This document shows, piece after piece, positions 10,470 through 23,800 of a stretch of 64,000 nucleotides of DNA (its first letter is position 1; every line of letters begins with the position of its first letter). The DNA comes from Eledone cirrhosa. Lineage: Eukaryota. The notes beneath the pieces were generated by a model. It was given only the letters and a program-made list of their open reading frames with translations, had not been told where the DNA came from and did not search any database. The position numbers and the translations under genes were made by a program. The stretch covers positions 28,334,001-28,398,000 of the forward strand of contig OZ024764.1 in assembly GCA_964016885.1 (NCBI GenBank), read 5' to 3'.

Positions 10470-13400
10470 CCACTTCTAAGTGGTTTTGTGCAGGTCATAG
10501 AAGAGCGTATACATTTTTGTGGGACAGCCCGTTGTCGACTTTATTCAGCACTTCTAAATGCTGTTTTGGGCAGGTCATAGAAGAGCGTATACATTTTTGT
10601 GGGACAGCCCGTTGTCGCCTTTATTCAGCACTTCTAAATGCTGTTTTGGGCAGGTCATAGAAGAGTGTATACATTTTTGTGGGACAGCTCGTTGTCGCCT
10701 CCTTTCAGAACTTCTAAATGCTGCTTTGTGCAGGTCATCGAAGAGCGCATACATTTTTGTGGGACAGCCCTTTGCCGCCTCTATTCAGAACTTCTAAATG
10801 CTGTTTGTGCAGGTCATAGAAGAGTGTATACATTTTTGTGGGACAGCCCGTTGTCGCCTCCTTACAGCACTTCTAAATGCTGTTTTGTGCAGGTCATCGA
10901 AGAGCGTATACATTTTTGTGGGACAGCCCTTTGTCGCCTCTATTCAGCACGTCTAAATGCTGTTTTGGGCAGGTCATAGAAGAGTGTATACATTTTTGTG
11001 GGACAGCCCTTTGCCGCCTATATTCAGCACTCCTAAATGCTGTTTTGGGCAGGTCATAGAAGAGCGTATACATTTTTGTGGGACAGCCCGTTGTCGCCTT
11101 TATTCATCACTTGTAAATGCTGTTTTGTGCAGCTCATAGAAGAGCGTATACATTTTTGTGGGACAGCCCTTTGTCGCCTCCCTACACCACTTCTAAGTGC
11201 TGCTTTGTGCAGGTCATCGAAGAGCGTATACATTTTTGTGGAACAGCCCGTTGTCGCCTCCCTACAGCACTTCTAAGTGCTGCTTTGAGCAGGTCATAGA
11301 AGAGCGTATACATTTTTGTGGGACAGCCCGTTGTCGCCTCTATTCAGCACTTCTAAATGCTGCTTTTTGCAGGTCATAGAAGAGCGTATACATTTTTGTG
11401 GGACAGCTCATTGTCGCCTCCTTTCAGCACTTCTAAATGCTGCTTTGTGCAGGTCATCGAAGAGCGTATACATTTTTGTGGGACAGCCCGTTATCGCCTC
11501 TATTCAGCACTTGTAAATGCTGCTTTTTGCAGGTCATAGAAGAGCGTATACATTTTTGTGGGACAGCCCGTTGTCGCCTCCCTACAGCACTTCTAAGTGC
11601 TGCTTTGTGCAGGTCATAGAAGAGCGTATATATTTTTGTGGGACAGCCCGTTGTCGCCTCTATTCAGCACTTCTAAATGCTGCTTTTTGCAGGTCATAGA
11701 AGAGCGTATACATTTTTGTGGGACAGCCAGTTGTCGCCTCCTTACAGCACTTCTAAATGCTGTTTTGTGCAGGTCATCGAAGAGCGTATACATTTTTGTG
11801 GGACAGCCTGTTGTCGCCACTATTCAGCACTTCTAAATGCTGTTTTGTGCAGGTCATCGAAGAGCGTATACATTTTTATGGGACAGCCCGTTGTTGCCAC
11901 TATTCAGCACTTCTAAATGCTGTTTTGTGCCGGTCATAGAAGAGCGTATACATTTTTGTGGGACAGCCCGTTGTCGCCTCTATTCAGCACTTCTACATGC
12001 TGTTTTGGGCAGGTCATCGAAGAGCGTATACATTTTTGTGGGACAGCCCGTTGTCGCCTCCCTACAGCACTTCTAAGTGCTGCTTTGTGCAGGTCATCGA
12101 AGAGCGTATACATTTTTGTGGGACAGCCCGTTGTCGCCTCCCTACAGCACTTCTAAGTGCTGCTTTGTGCAGGTCATCGAAGAGCGTATACATTTTTATG
12201 GGACAGCCCGTTGTTGCCACTATTCAGCACTTCTAAATGCTGTTTTGTGCAGGTCATCGAAGAGCGTATACATTTTTGTGGGACAGCCCGTTGTCGCCTC
12301 TATTCAGCACTTCTAAATGCTGCTTTTTGCAGGTCATAGAAGAGCGTATACATTTTTGTGGGACAGCCAGTTGTCGCCTCCTTACAGCACTTCTAAATGC
12401 TGTTTTGGGCAGGTCATAGAAGAGTGTATACATTTTTGTGGGACAGCCCTTTGCCGCCTCCTTTCAGAACTCCTAAATGCTGTTTTGGGCAGGTCATAGA
12501 AGAGCGTATACATTTTTGTGGGACAGCCCTTTGCCGCCTTTATTCAGAACTTCTAAATGCTGTTTGGGCAGGTCATAGAAGAGCGTATACATTTTTGTGG
12601 GACAGCCCGTTGTCGCCTCCTTACAGCACTTCTAAATGCTGTTTTGTGCAGGTCATCGAAGAGCGTATACATTTTTGTGGGACAGCTTTTTGACGCCTCT
12701 ATTCAGCACTTCTAAATGCTGTTTTATGCAGGTCATCGAAGAGCGTATACATTTTTGTGGGACAGCTCGTTGTTGCCTCCTTTCAGCACTTCTAAATGCT
12801 GCTTTGTGCAGGTCATCGAAGAGCGTATACATTTTTGTGGGACAGCCCTTTGCCGCCTCTATTCAGCACTTCTAAATGCTGCTTTGTGCAGGTCATAGAA
12901 GAGCGTATACATTTTTGTGGGACAGCCCGTTGTCGCCTCCTTACAGCACTTCTAAATGCTGTTTTGTGCAGGTCATCGAAGAGCGTATACATTTTTGTGG
13001 GACAGCTTTTTGACGCCTCTATTCAGCACTTCTAAATGCTGTTTTATGCAGGTCATCGAAGAGCGTATACATTTTTGTGGGACAGCCCGTTGTCGCCTCT
13101 ATTCAGCACTTCTAAATGCTGTTTTATGCAGGTCATCGAAGAGCGTATACATTTTTGTGGGACAGCTCGTTGTTGCCTCCTTTCAGCACTTCTAAATGCT
13201 GCTTTGTGCAGGTCATCGAAGAGCGTATACATTTTTGTGGGACAGCCCTTTGCCGCCTCTATTCAGCACTTCTAAATGCTGCTTTGTGCAGGTCATAGAA
13301 GAGTGTATACATTTTTGTGGGACAGCCCGTTGTCGCCTCCTTACAGCACTTCTAAATGCTGTTTTGTGCAGGTCATCGAAGAGCGTATACATTTTTGTGG

Positions 13401-16400
13401 GACAGCCCTTTGTCGCCTCTATTCAGCACGTCTAAATGCTGTTTTGGGCAGGTCATAGAAGAGTGTATACATTTTTGTGGGACAGCCCTTTGCCGCCTAT
13501 ATTCAGCACTCCTAAATGCTGTTTTGGGCAGGTCATAGAAGAGCGTATACATTTTTGTGGGACAGCCCGTTGTCGCCTTTATTCATCACTTGTAAATGTT
13601 GTTTTGTGCAGCTCATAGAAGAGCGTATACATTTTTGTGGGACAGCCCTTTGTCGCCTCCCTACACCACTTCTAAGTGCTGCTTTGTGCAGGTCATCGAA
13701 GAGCGTATACATTTTTGTGGAACAGCCCGTTGTCGCCTCCCTACAGCACTTCTAAGTGCTGCTTTGAGCAGGTCATAGAAGAGCGTATACATTTTTGTGG
13801 GACAGCCAGTTGTCGCCTCTATTCAGCACTTCTAAATGCTGCTTTTTGCAGGTCATAGAAGAGCGTATACATTTTTGTGGGACAGCTCATTGTCGCCTCC
13901 TTTCAGCACTTCTAAATGCTGCTTTGTGCAGGTCATCGAAGAGCGTATACATTTTTGTGGGACAGCCCGTTATCGCCTCTATTCAGCACTTGTAAATGCT
14001 GCTTTTTGCAGGTCATAGAAGAGCGTATACATTTTTGTGGGACAGCCCGTTGTCGCCTCCCTACAGCACTTCTAAGTGCTGCTTTGTGCAGGCCATAGAA
14101 GAGCGTATATATTTTTGTGGGACAGCCCGTTGTCGCCTCTATTCAGCACTTCTAAATGCTGCTTTTTGCAGGTCATAGAAGAGCGTATACATTTTTGTGG
14201 GACAGCCAGTTGTCGCCTCCTTACAGCACTTCTAAATGCTGTTTTGTGCAGGTCATCGAAGAGCGTATACATTTTTGTGGGACAGCCCGTTGTCGCCACT
14301 ATTCAGCACTTCTAAATGCTGTTTTGTGCAGGTCATCGAAGAGCGTATACATTTTTATGGGACAGCCCGTTGTTGCCACTATTCAGCACTTCTAAATGCT
14401 GTTTTGTGCCGGTCATAGAAGAGCGTATACATTTTTGTGGGACAGCCCGTTGTCGCCTCTATTCAGCACTTCTACATGCTGTTTTGGGCAGGTCATCGAA
14501 GAGCGTATACATTTTTGTGGGACAGCCCGTTGTCGCCTCCCTACAGCACTTCTAAGTGCTGCTTTGTGCAGGTCATCGAAGAGCGTATACATTTTTGTGG
14601 GACAGCCCGTTGTCGCTTCCCTACAGCACTTCTAAGTGCTGCTTTGTGCAGCTCATAGAAGAGTGTATACATTTTTGTGGGACAGCCCGTTGTCGCCTCT
14701 ATTCAGCACTTCTAAATGCTGTTTTGTGCAGGTAATAGAAGAGCGTATACATTTTTGTGGGACAGCCCGTTGTCGCCTCTATTCATCACTCCTAAATGCT
14801 GTTTTATGCAGGTCATACAAGAGCGTATACATTTTTGTGGGACAGCCCATTGTCGCCTCTATTCAGCACTTCTAAATGCTGTTTTATGCAGGTCATACAA
14901 GAGCGTATACATTTTTGTGGGACAGCCCGTTGTCGCCTCTATTTAGCACTCCTAAATGCTGTTTTATGCAGGTCATACAAGAGCGTATACATTTTTGTGG
15001 GACAGCTCGTTGTCGCCACTTCTAAATGCTGTTTTGTGCCGGTCATAGAAGAGCGTATACATTTTTGTGGGACAGCCCATTGTCGCCTCTATTCAGCACT
15101 TCTAAATGCTGTTTTGTGCAGGTCATCGAAGAGCGTATACATTTTTGTGGGACAGCCCATTGTCGCCTCTATTCAGCACTGCTAAATGCTGTTTTGTGCA
15201 GGTCATAGAAGAGCGTATACATTTTTGTGGGACAGCCCGTTGTCGCCACTATTCAGCACTTCTAAATGCAGTTTTGTGCAGGTCATTGAAGAGCGTATAC
15301 ATTTTTATGGGACAGCCCGTTGTCGCCACTATTCAGCACTTCTAAATGCTGTTTTATGCAGGTCATCGAAGAGCGTATACATTTTTGTGGGACAGCTTTT
15401 TGACGCCTCTATTCAGCACTTCTAAATGCTGTTTTATGCAGGTCATCGAAGAGGGTATACATTTTTGTGGGACAGCCCGTTGTCGCCTCTATTCAGCACT
15501 TCTAAATGCTGTTTTATGCAGGTCATCGAAGAGCGTATACATTTTTGTGGGACAGCTCGTTGTTGCCTCCTTTCAGCACTTCTAAATGCTGTTTTGTGCA
15601 GGTCATCGAAGAGCGTATACATTTTTGTGGGACAGCTTTTTGACGCCTCTATTCAGCACTTCTAAATGCTGCTTTGTGCAGGTCATCGAAGAGCGTATAC
15701 ATTTTTGTGGGACAGCCCGTTGTCGCCTCCTTACAGCACTTGCAAATGCTGTTTTGTGCAGGTCATAGAAGAGTGTATACATTTTTGTGGGACAGCTCGT
15801 TGTCGCCTCCTTTCAGCACTTCTAAATGCTGCTTTGTGCAGGTCATCGAAGAGCGCATACATTTTTGTGGGACAGCCCGTTGTCGCCTTTATTCAGCACT
15901 TGCAAATGCTGTTTTGTGCATGTCATCGAAGAGCGTATACATTTTTGTGGGACAGCCCTTTGCCGCCTCTATTCAGCACTTCTAAATGCTGTTTTGGGCA
16001 GGTCATAGAAGAGCGTATACATTTTTGTGGGACAGCTTTTTGACGCCTCTATTCAGCACTTCTAAATGCTGCTTTGTGCAGGTCATCGAAGAGCGTATAC
16101 ATTTTTGTGGGACAGCCCGTTGTCGCCTCCTTACAGCACTTGCAAATGCTGTTTTGTGCAGGTCATAGAAGAGCGTATACATTTTTGTGGGTCAGCCCGT
16201 TGTCGCCTTTATTCAGCACTTCTAAATGCTGTTTTGGGCAGGTCATAGAAGAGCGTATACATTTTTGTGGGACAGCCCGTTGTCGCCTTTATTCAGCACT
16301 TCTAAATGCTGTTTTGGGCAGGTCATAGAAGAGTGTATACATTTTTGTGGGACAGCTCGTTGTCGCCTCCTTTCAGAACTTCTAAATGCTGCTTTGTGCA

Positions 16401-17836
16401 GGTCATCGAAGAGCGCATACATTTTTGTGGGACAGCCCTTTGCCGCCTCTATTCAGAACTTCTAAATGCTGTTTGGGCAGGTCATAGAAGAGCGTATACA
16501 TTTTTGTGGGACAGCCCGTTGTCGCCTCCTTACAGCACTTCTAAATGCTGTTTTGTGCAGGTCATCGAAGAGCGTATACATTTTTGTGGGACAGCTTTTT
16601 GACGCCTCTATTCAGCACTTCTAAATGCTGTTTTATGCAGGTCATCGAAGAGGGTATACATTTTTGTGGGACAGCCCGTTGTCGCCTCTATTCAGCACTT
16701 CTAAATGCTGTTTTATGCAGGTCATCGAAGAGCGTATACATTTTTGTGGGACAGCTCGTTGTTGCCTCCTTTCAGCACTTCTAAATGCTGCTTTGTGCAG
16801 GTCATCGAAGAGCGTATACATTTTTGTGGGACAGCCCTTTGCCGCCTCTATTCAGCACTTCTAAATGCTGCTTTGTGCAGGTCATAGAAGAGCGTATACA
16901 TTTTTGTGGGACAGCCCGTTGTCGCCTCCTTACAGCACTTCTAAATGCTGTTTTGTGCAGGTCATCGAAGAGCGTATACATTTTTGTGGGACAGCTTTTT
17001 GACGCCTCTATTCAGCACTTCTAAATGCTGTTTTATGCAGGTCATCGAAGAGCGTATACATTTTTGTGGGACAGCCCGTTGTCGCCTCTATTCAGCACTT
17101 CTAAATGCTGTTTTATGCAGGTCATCGAAGAGCGTATACATTTTTGTGGGACAGCTCGTTGTTGCCTCCTTTCAGCACTTCTAAATGCTGCTTTGTGCAG
17201 GTCATCGAAGAGCGTATACATTTTTGTGGGACAGCCCTTTGCCGCCTCTATTCAGCACTTCTAAATGCTGCTTTGTGCAGGTCATAGAAGAGTGTATACA
17301 TTTTTGTGGGACAGCCCGTTGTCGCCTCCTTACAGCACTTCTAAATGCTGTTTTGTGCAGGTCATCGAAGAGCGTATACATTTTTGTGGGACAGCCCTTT
17401 GTCGCCTCTATTCAGCACGTCTAAATGCTGTTTTGGGCAGGTCATAGAAGAGTGTATACATTTTTGTGGGACAGCCCTTTGCCGCCTATATTCAGCACTC
17501 CTAAATGCTGTTTTGGGCAGGTCATAGAAGAGCGTATACATTTTTGTGGGACAGCCCGTTGTCGCCTTTATTCATCACTTGTAAATGCTGTTTTGTGCAG
17601 CTCATAGAAGAGCGTATACATTTTTGTGGGACAGCCCTTTGTCGCCTCCCTACACCACTTCTAAGTGCTGCTTTGTGCAGGTCATCGAAGAGCGTATACA
17701 TTTTTGTGGAACAGCCCGTTGTCGCCTCCCTACAGCACTTCTAAGTGCTGCTTTGAGCAGGTCATAGAAGAGCGTATACATTTTTGTGGGACAGCCCGTT
17801 GTCGCCTCTATTCAGCACTTCTAAATGCTGCTTTTT

Positions 17837-20800
17837 GCAGGTCATAGAAGAGCGTATACATTTTTGTGGGACAGCTCATTGTCGCCTCCTTTCAGCACTT
17901 CTAAATGCTGCTTTGTGCAGGTCATCGAAGAGCGTATACATTTTTTTGGGACAGCCCGTTATCGCCTCTATTCAGCACTTGTAAATGCTGCTTTTTGCAG
18001 GTCATAGAAGAGCGTATACATTTTTGTGGGACAGCCCGTTGTCGCCTCCCTACAGCACTTCTAAGTGCTGCTTTGTGCAGGTCATAGAAGAGCGTATATA
18101 TTTTTGTGGGACAGCCCGTTGTCGCCTCTATTCAGCACTTCTAAATGCTGCTTTTTGCAGGTCATAGAAGAGCGTATACATTTTTGTGGGACAGCCAGTT
18201 GTCGCCTCCTTACAGCACTTCTAAATGCTGTTTTGTGCAGGTCATCGAAGAGCGTAAACATTTTTGTGGGACAGCCCGTTGTCGCCACTATTCAGCACTT
18301 CTAAATGCTGTTTTGTGCAGGTCATCGAAGAGCGTATACATTTTTATGGGACAGCCCGTTGTTGCCACTATTCAGCACTTCTAAATGCTGTTTTGTGCCG
18401 GTCATAGAAGAGCGTATACATTTTTGTGGGACAGCCCGTTGTCGCCTCTATTCAGCACTTCTACATGCTGTTTTGGGCAGGTCATCGAAGAGCGTATACA
18501 TTTTTGTGGGACAGCCCGTTGTCGCCTCCCTACAGCACTTCTAAGTGCTGCTTTGTGCAGGTCATCGAAGAGCGTATACATTTTTGTGGGACAGCCCGTT
18601 GTCGCTTCCCTATAGCACTTCTAAGTGCTGCTTTGTGCAGCTCATAGAAGAGTGTATACATTTTTGTGGGACAGCCCGTTGTCGCCTCTATTCAGCACTT
18701 CTAAATGCTGTTTTGTGCAGGTAATAGAAGAGCGTATACATTTTTGTGGGACAGCCCGTTGTCGCCTCTATTCATCACTCCTAAATGCTGTTTTATGCAG
18801 GTCATACAAGAGCGTATACATTTTTGTGGGACAGCCCATTGTCGCCTCTATTCAGCACTTCTAAATGCTGTTTTGTGCAGGTCATCGAAGAGCGTATACA
18901 TTTTTGTGGGACAGCCCATTGTCGCCTCTATTCAGCACTGCTAAATGCTGTTTTGTGCAGGTCATAGAAGAGCGTATACATTTTTGTGGGACAGCCCGTT
19001 GTCGCCACTATTCAGCACTTCTAAATGCAGTTTTGTGCAGGTCATCGAAGAGCGTATACATTTTTATGGGACAGCCCGTTGTCGCCACTATTCAGCACTT
19101 CTAAATGCTGTTTTATGCAGGTCATACAAGAGCGTATACATTTTTGTGGGACAGCCCGTTATCGCCTCCTTACAGCACTTCTAAATGCTGTTTTGTGCAG
19201 GTCATCGAAGAGCGTATACATTTTTGTGGGACAGCTTTTTGACGCCTCTATTCAGCACTTCTAAATGCTGTTTTATGCAGGTCATCGAAGAGGGTATACA
19301 TTTTTGTGGGACAGCCCGTTGTCGCCTCTATTCAGCACTTCTAAATGCTGTTTTATGCAGGTCATCGAAGAGCGTATACATTTTTGTGGGACAGCTCGTT
19401 GTTGCCTCCTTTCAGCACTTCTAAATGCTGTTTTGTGCAGGTCATCGAAGAGCGTATACATTTTTGTGGGACAGCTTTTTGACGCCTCTATTCAGCACTT
19501 CTAAATGCTGCTTTGTGCAGGTCATCGAAGAGCGTATACATTTTTGTGGGACAGCCCGTTGTCGCCTCCTTACAGCACTTGCAAATGCTGTTTTGTGCAG
19601 GTCATAGAAGAGTGTATACATTTTTGTGGGACAGCTCGTTGTCGCCTCCTTTCAGCACTTCTAAATGCTGCTTTGTGCAGGTCATCGAAGAGCGCATACA
19701 TTTTTGTGGGACAGCCCTTTGCCGCCTCTATTCAGCACTTCTAAATGCTGTTTTGGGCAGGTCATAGAAGAGCGTATACATTTTTGTGGGACAGCCCGTT
19801 GTCGCCTATATTCAGCACTCCTAAATGCTGTTTTGTGCAGGTCATCGAAGAGCGTATACATTTTTGTGGGACAGCTTTTTGACGCCTCTATTCAGCACTT
19901 CTAAATGCTGTTTTATGCAGGTCATCGAAGAGCGTATACATTTTTGTGGGACAGCCCGTTGTCGCCTCTATTCAGCACTTCTAAATGCTGTTTTATGCAG
20001 GTCATCGAAGAGCGTATACATTTTTGTGGGACAGCTCGTTGTTGCCTCCTTTCAGCACTTCTAAATGCTGCTTTGTGCAGGTCATCGAAGAGCGTATACA
20101 TTTTTGTGGGACAGCCCTTTGCCGCCTCTATTCAGCACTTCTAAATGCTGCTTTGTGCAGGTCATAGAAGAGTGTATACATTTTTGTGGGACAGCCCGTT
20201 GTCGCCTCCTTACAGCACTTCTAAATGCTGTTTTGTGCAGGTCATCGAAGAGCGTATACATTTTTGTGGGACAGCCCTTTGTCGCCTCTATTCAGCACGT
20301 CTAAATGCTGTTTTGGGCAGGTCATAGAAGAGTGTATACATTTTTGTGGGACAGCCCTTTGCCGCCTATATTCAGCACTCCTAAATGCTGTTTTGGGCAG
20401 GTCATAGAAGAGCGTATACATTTTTGTGGGACAGCCCGTTGTCGCCTTTATTCAGCACTTGTAAATGCTGTTTTGTGCAGCTCATAGAAGAGCGTATACA
20501 TTTTTGTGGGACAGCCCTTTGTCGCCTCCCTACACCACTTCTAAGTGCTGCTTTGTGCAGGTCATCGAAGAGCGTATAGATTTTTGTGGGACAGCCCGTT
20601 GTCGCCTCCCTACAGCACTTCTAAGTGCTGCTTTGAGCAGGTCATAGAAGAGCGTATACATTTTTGTGGGACAGCCCGTTGTCGCCTCTATTCAGCACTC
20701 CTAAATGCTGTTTTATGCAGGTCATACAAGAGTGTATACATTTTTATGGGACAGCCCGTTGTCGCCTTTATTCAGCACTTGCAAATGCTGTTTTGTGCAT

Positions 20801-23800
20801 GTCATCGAAGAGCGTATACATTTTTGTGGGACAGCCCGTTGTCGCCTCTATTCAACACTTCTACATGCTGTTTTGGGCAGGTCATAGAAGAGCGTATACA
20901 TTTTTGTGGGACAGCCCGTTGTCGCCACTATTCAGCACTTCTAAATGCTGTTTTGTGCAGGTCATCGAAGAGCGTATACATTTTTATGGGACAGCCCGTT
21001 GTTGCCACTATTCAGCACTTCTAAATGCTGTTTTGTGCCGGTCATAGAAGAGCGTATACATTTTTGTGGGACAGCCCGTTGTCGCCTCTATTCAGCACTT
21101 CTACATGCTGTTTTGGGCAGGTCATCGAAGAGCGTATACATTTTTGTGGGACAGCCCGTTGTCGCCTCCCTACAGCACTTCTAAGTGCTGCTTTGTGCAG
21201 GTCATCGAAGAGCGTATACATTTTTGTGGGACAGCCCGTTGTTGCTTCCCTACAGCACTTCTAAGTGCTGCTTTGTGCAGCTCATAGAAGTGTATACATT
21301 TTTGTGGGACAGCCCGTTGTCGCCTCTATTCAGCACTTCTAAATGCTGTTTTGTGCAGGTCATAGAAGAGCGTATACATTTTTGTGGGACAGCCCGTTGT
21401 CGCCTCTATTCATCACTCCTAAATGCTGTTTTATGCAGGTCATACAAGAGCGTATACATTTTTGTGGGACAGCCCGTTGTCGCCTCTATTTAGCACTCCT
21501 AAATGCTGTTTTATGCAGGTCATACAAGAGCGTATACATTTTTGTGGGACAGCTCGTTGTCGCCACTACTCGGCACTTCTAAATGCTGTTTTGTGCCGGT
21601 CATAGAAGAGCGTATACATTTTTGTGGGACAGCCCATTGTCGCCTCTATTCAGCACTTCTAAATGCTGTTTTGTGCAGGTCATCGAAGAGCGTATACATT
21701 TTTGTGGGACAGCCCATTGTCGCCTCTATTCAGCACTGCTAAATGCTGTTTTGTGCAGGTCATAGAAGAGCGTATACATTTTTGTGGGACAGCCCGTTGT
21801 CGCCTTTATTCAGCACTTGTAAATGCTGTTTTGTGCAGCTCATAGAAGAGCGTATACATTTTTGTGGGACAGCCCTTTGTCGCCTCCCTACACCACTTCT
21901 AAGTGCTGCTTTGTGCAGGTCATCGAAGAGCGTATACATTTTTGTGGGACAGCCCGTTGTCGCCTCCCTACAGCACTTCTAAGTGCTGCTTTGAGCAGCT
22001 CATAGAAGAGCGTATACATTTTTGTGGGACAGCCCGTTGTCGCCTCCTTACAGCACTTCTAAATGCTACTTTGTGCAGGACATCGAAGAGCGTATACATT
22101 TTTGTGGGACAGCCAGTTGTCGCCTCCTTACAGCACTTCTAAATGCTGTTTTGTGCAGGTCATCGAAGAGCGTATACATTTTTGTGGGACAGCCCGTTGT
22201 CGCCTCCCTACAGCACTTCTAAGTGCTGCTTTGAGCAGCTCATAGAAGAGCGTATACATTTTTGTGGGACAGCCCGTTGTCGCCTCCTTACAGCACTTCT
22301 AAATGCTACTTTGTGCAGGACATCGAAGAGCGTATACATTTTTGTGGGACAGCCAGTTGTCGCCTCCTTACAGCACTTCTAAATGCTGTTTTGTGCAGGT
22401 CATCGAAGAGCGTATACATTTTTGTGGGACAGCCCGTTGTCGCCTCTATTCAGCACTTCTAAATGCTGTTTTATGCAGGTCATACAAGAGCGTATACATT
22501 TTTGTGGGACAGCGCATTGTCGCCTCCTTTCAGCACTTCTAAATGCTGCTTTGTGCAGGTCATCGAAGAGCGTATACATTTTTGTGGGACAGCCCGTTGT
22601 CGCCTCCCTACAGCACTTCTAAGTGCTGCTTTGTGCAGGTCATAGAAGAGCGTATACATTTTTGTGGGACAGCCCGTTGTCGCCTCCCTACAGCACTTCT
22701 AAGTGCTGCTTTGAGCAGGTCATAGAAGAGCGTATACATTTTTGTGGGACAGCTCATTGTCGCCTCCTTTCAGCACTTCTAAATGCTGCTTTGTGCAGGT
22801 CATCGAAGAGCGTATACATTTTTGTGGGACAGCCCGTTATCGCCTCTATTCAGCACTTGTAAATGCTGCTTTTTGCAGGTCATAGAAGAGCGTATACATT
22901 TTTGTGGGACAGCCCGTTGTCGCCTCCCTACAGCACTTCTAAGTGCTGCTTTGTGCAGGTCATAGAAGAGCGTATATATTTTTGTGGGACAGCCCGTTGT
23001 CGCCTCTATTCAGCACTTCTAAATGCTGCTTTTTGCAGGTCATAGAAGAGCGTATACATTTTTGTGGGACAGCCAGTTGTCGCCTCCTTACAGCACTTCT
23101 AAATGCTGTTTTGTGCAGGTCATCGAAGAGCGTATACATTTTTGTGGGACAGCCCGTTGTCGCCACTATTCAGCACTTCTAAATGCTGTTTTGTGCAGGT
23201 CATCGAAGAGCGTATACATTTTTATGGGACAGCCCGTTGTTGCCACTATTCAGCACTTCTAAATGCTGTTTTGTGCCGGTCATAGAAGAGCGTATACATT
23301 TTTGTGGGACAGCCCGTTGTCGCCTCTATTCAGCACTTCTACATGCTGTTTTGGGCAGGTCATCGAAGAGCGTATACATTTTTGTGGGACAGCCCGTTGT
23401 CGCCTCCCTACAGCACTTCTAAGTGCTGCTTTGTGCAGGTCATCGAAGAGCGTATACATTTTTGTGGGACAGCCCGTTGTCGCTTCCCTACAGCACTTCT
23501 AAGTGCTGCTTTGTGCAGCTCATAGAAGAGTGTATACATTTTTGTGGGACAGCCCGTTGTCGCCTCTATTCAGCACTTCTAAATGCTGTTTTGTGCAGGT
23601 AATAGAAGAGCGTATACATTTTTGTGGGACAGCCCGTTGTCGCCTCTATTCATCACTCCTAAATGCTGTTTTATGCAGGTCATACAAGAGCGTATACATT
23701 TTTGTGGGACAGCCCATTGTCGCCTCTATTCAGCACTTCTAAATGCTGTTTTATGCAGGTCATACAAGAGCGTATACATTTTTGTGGGACAGCCCGTTGT

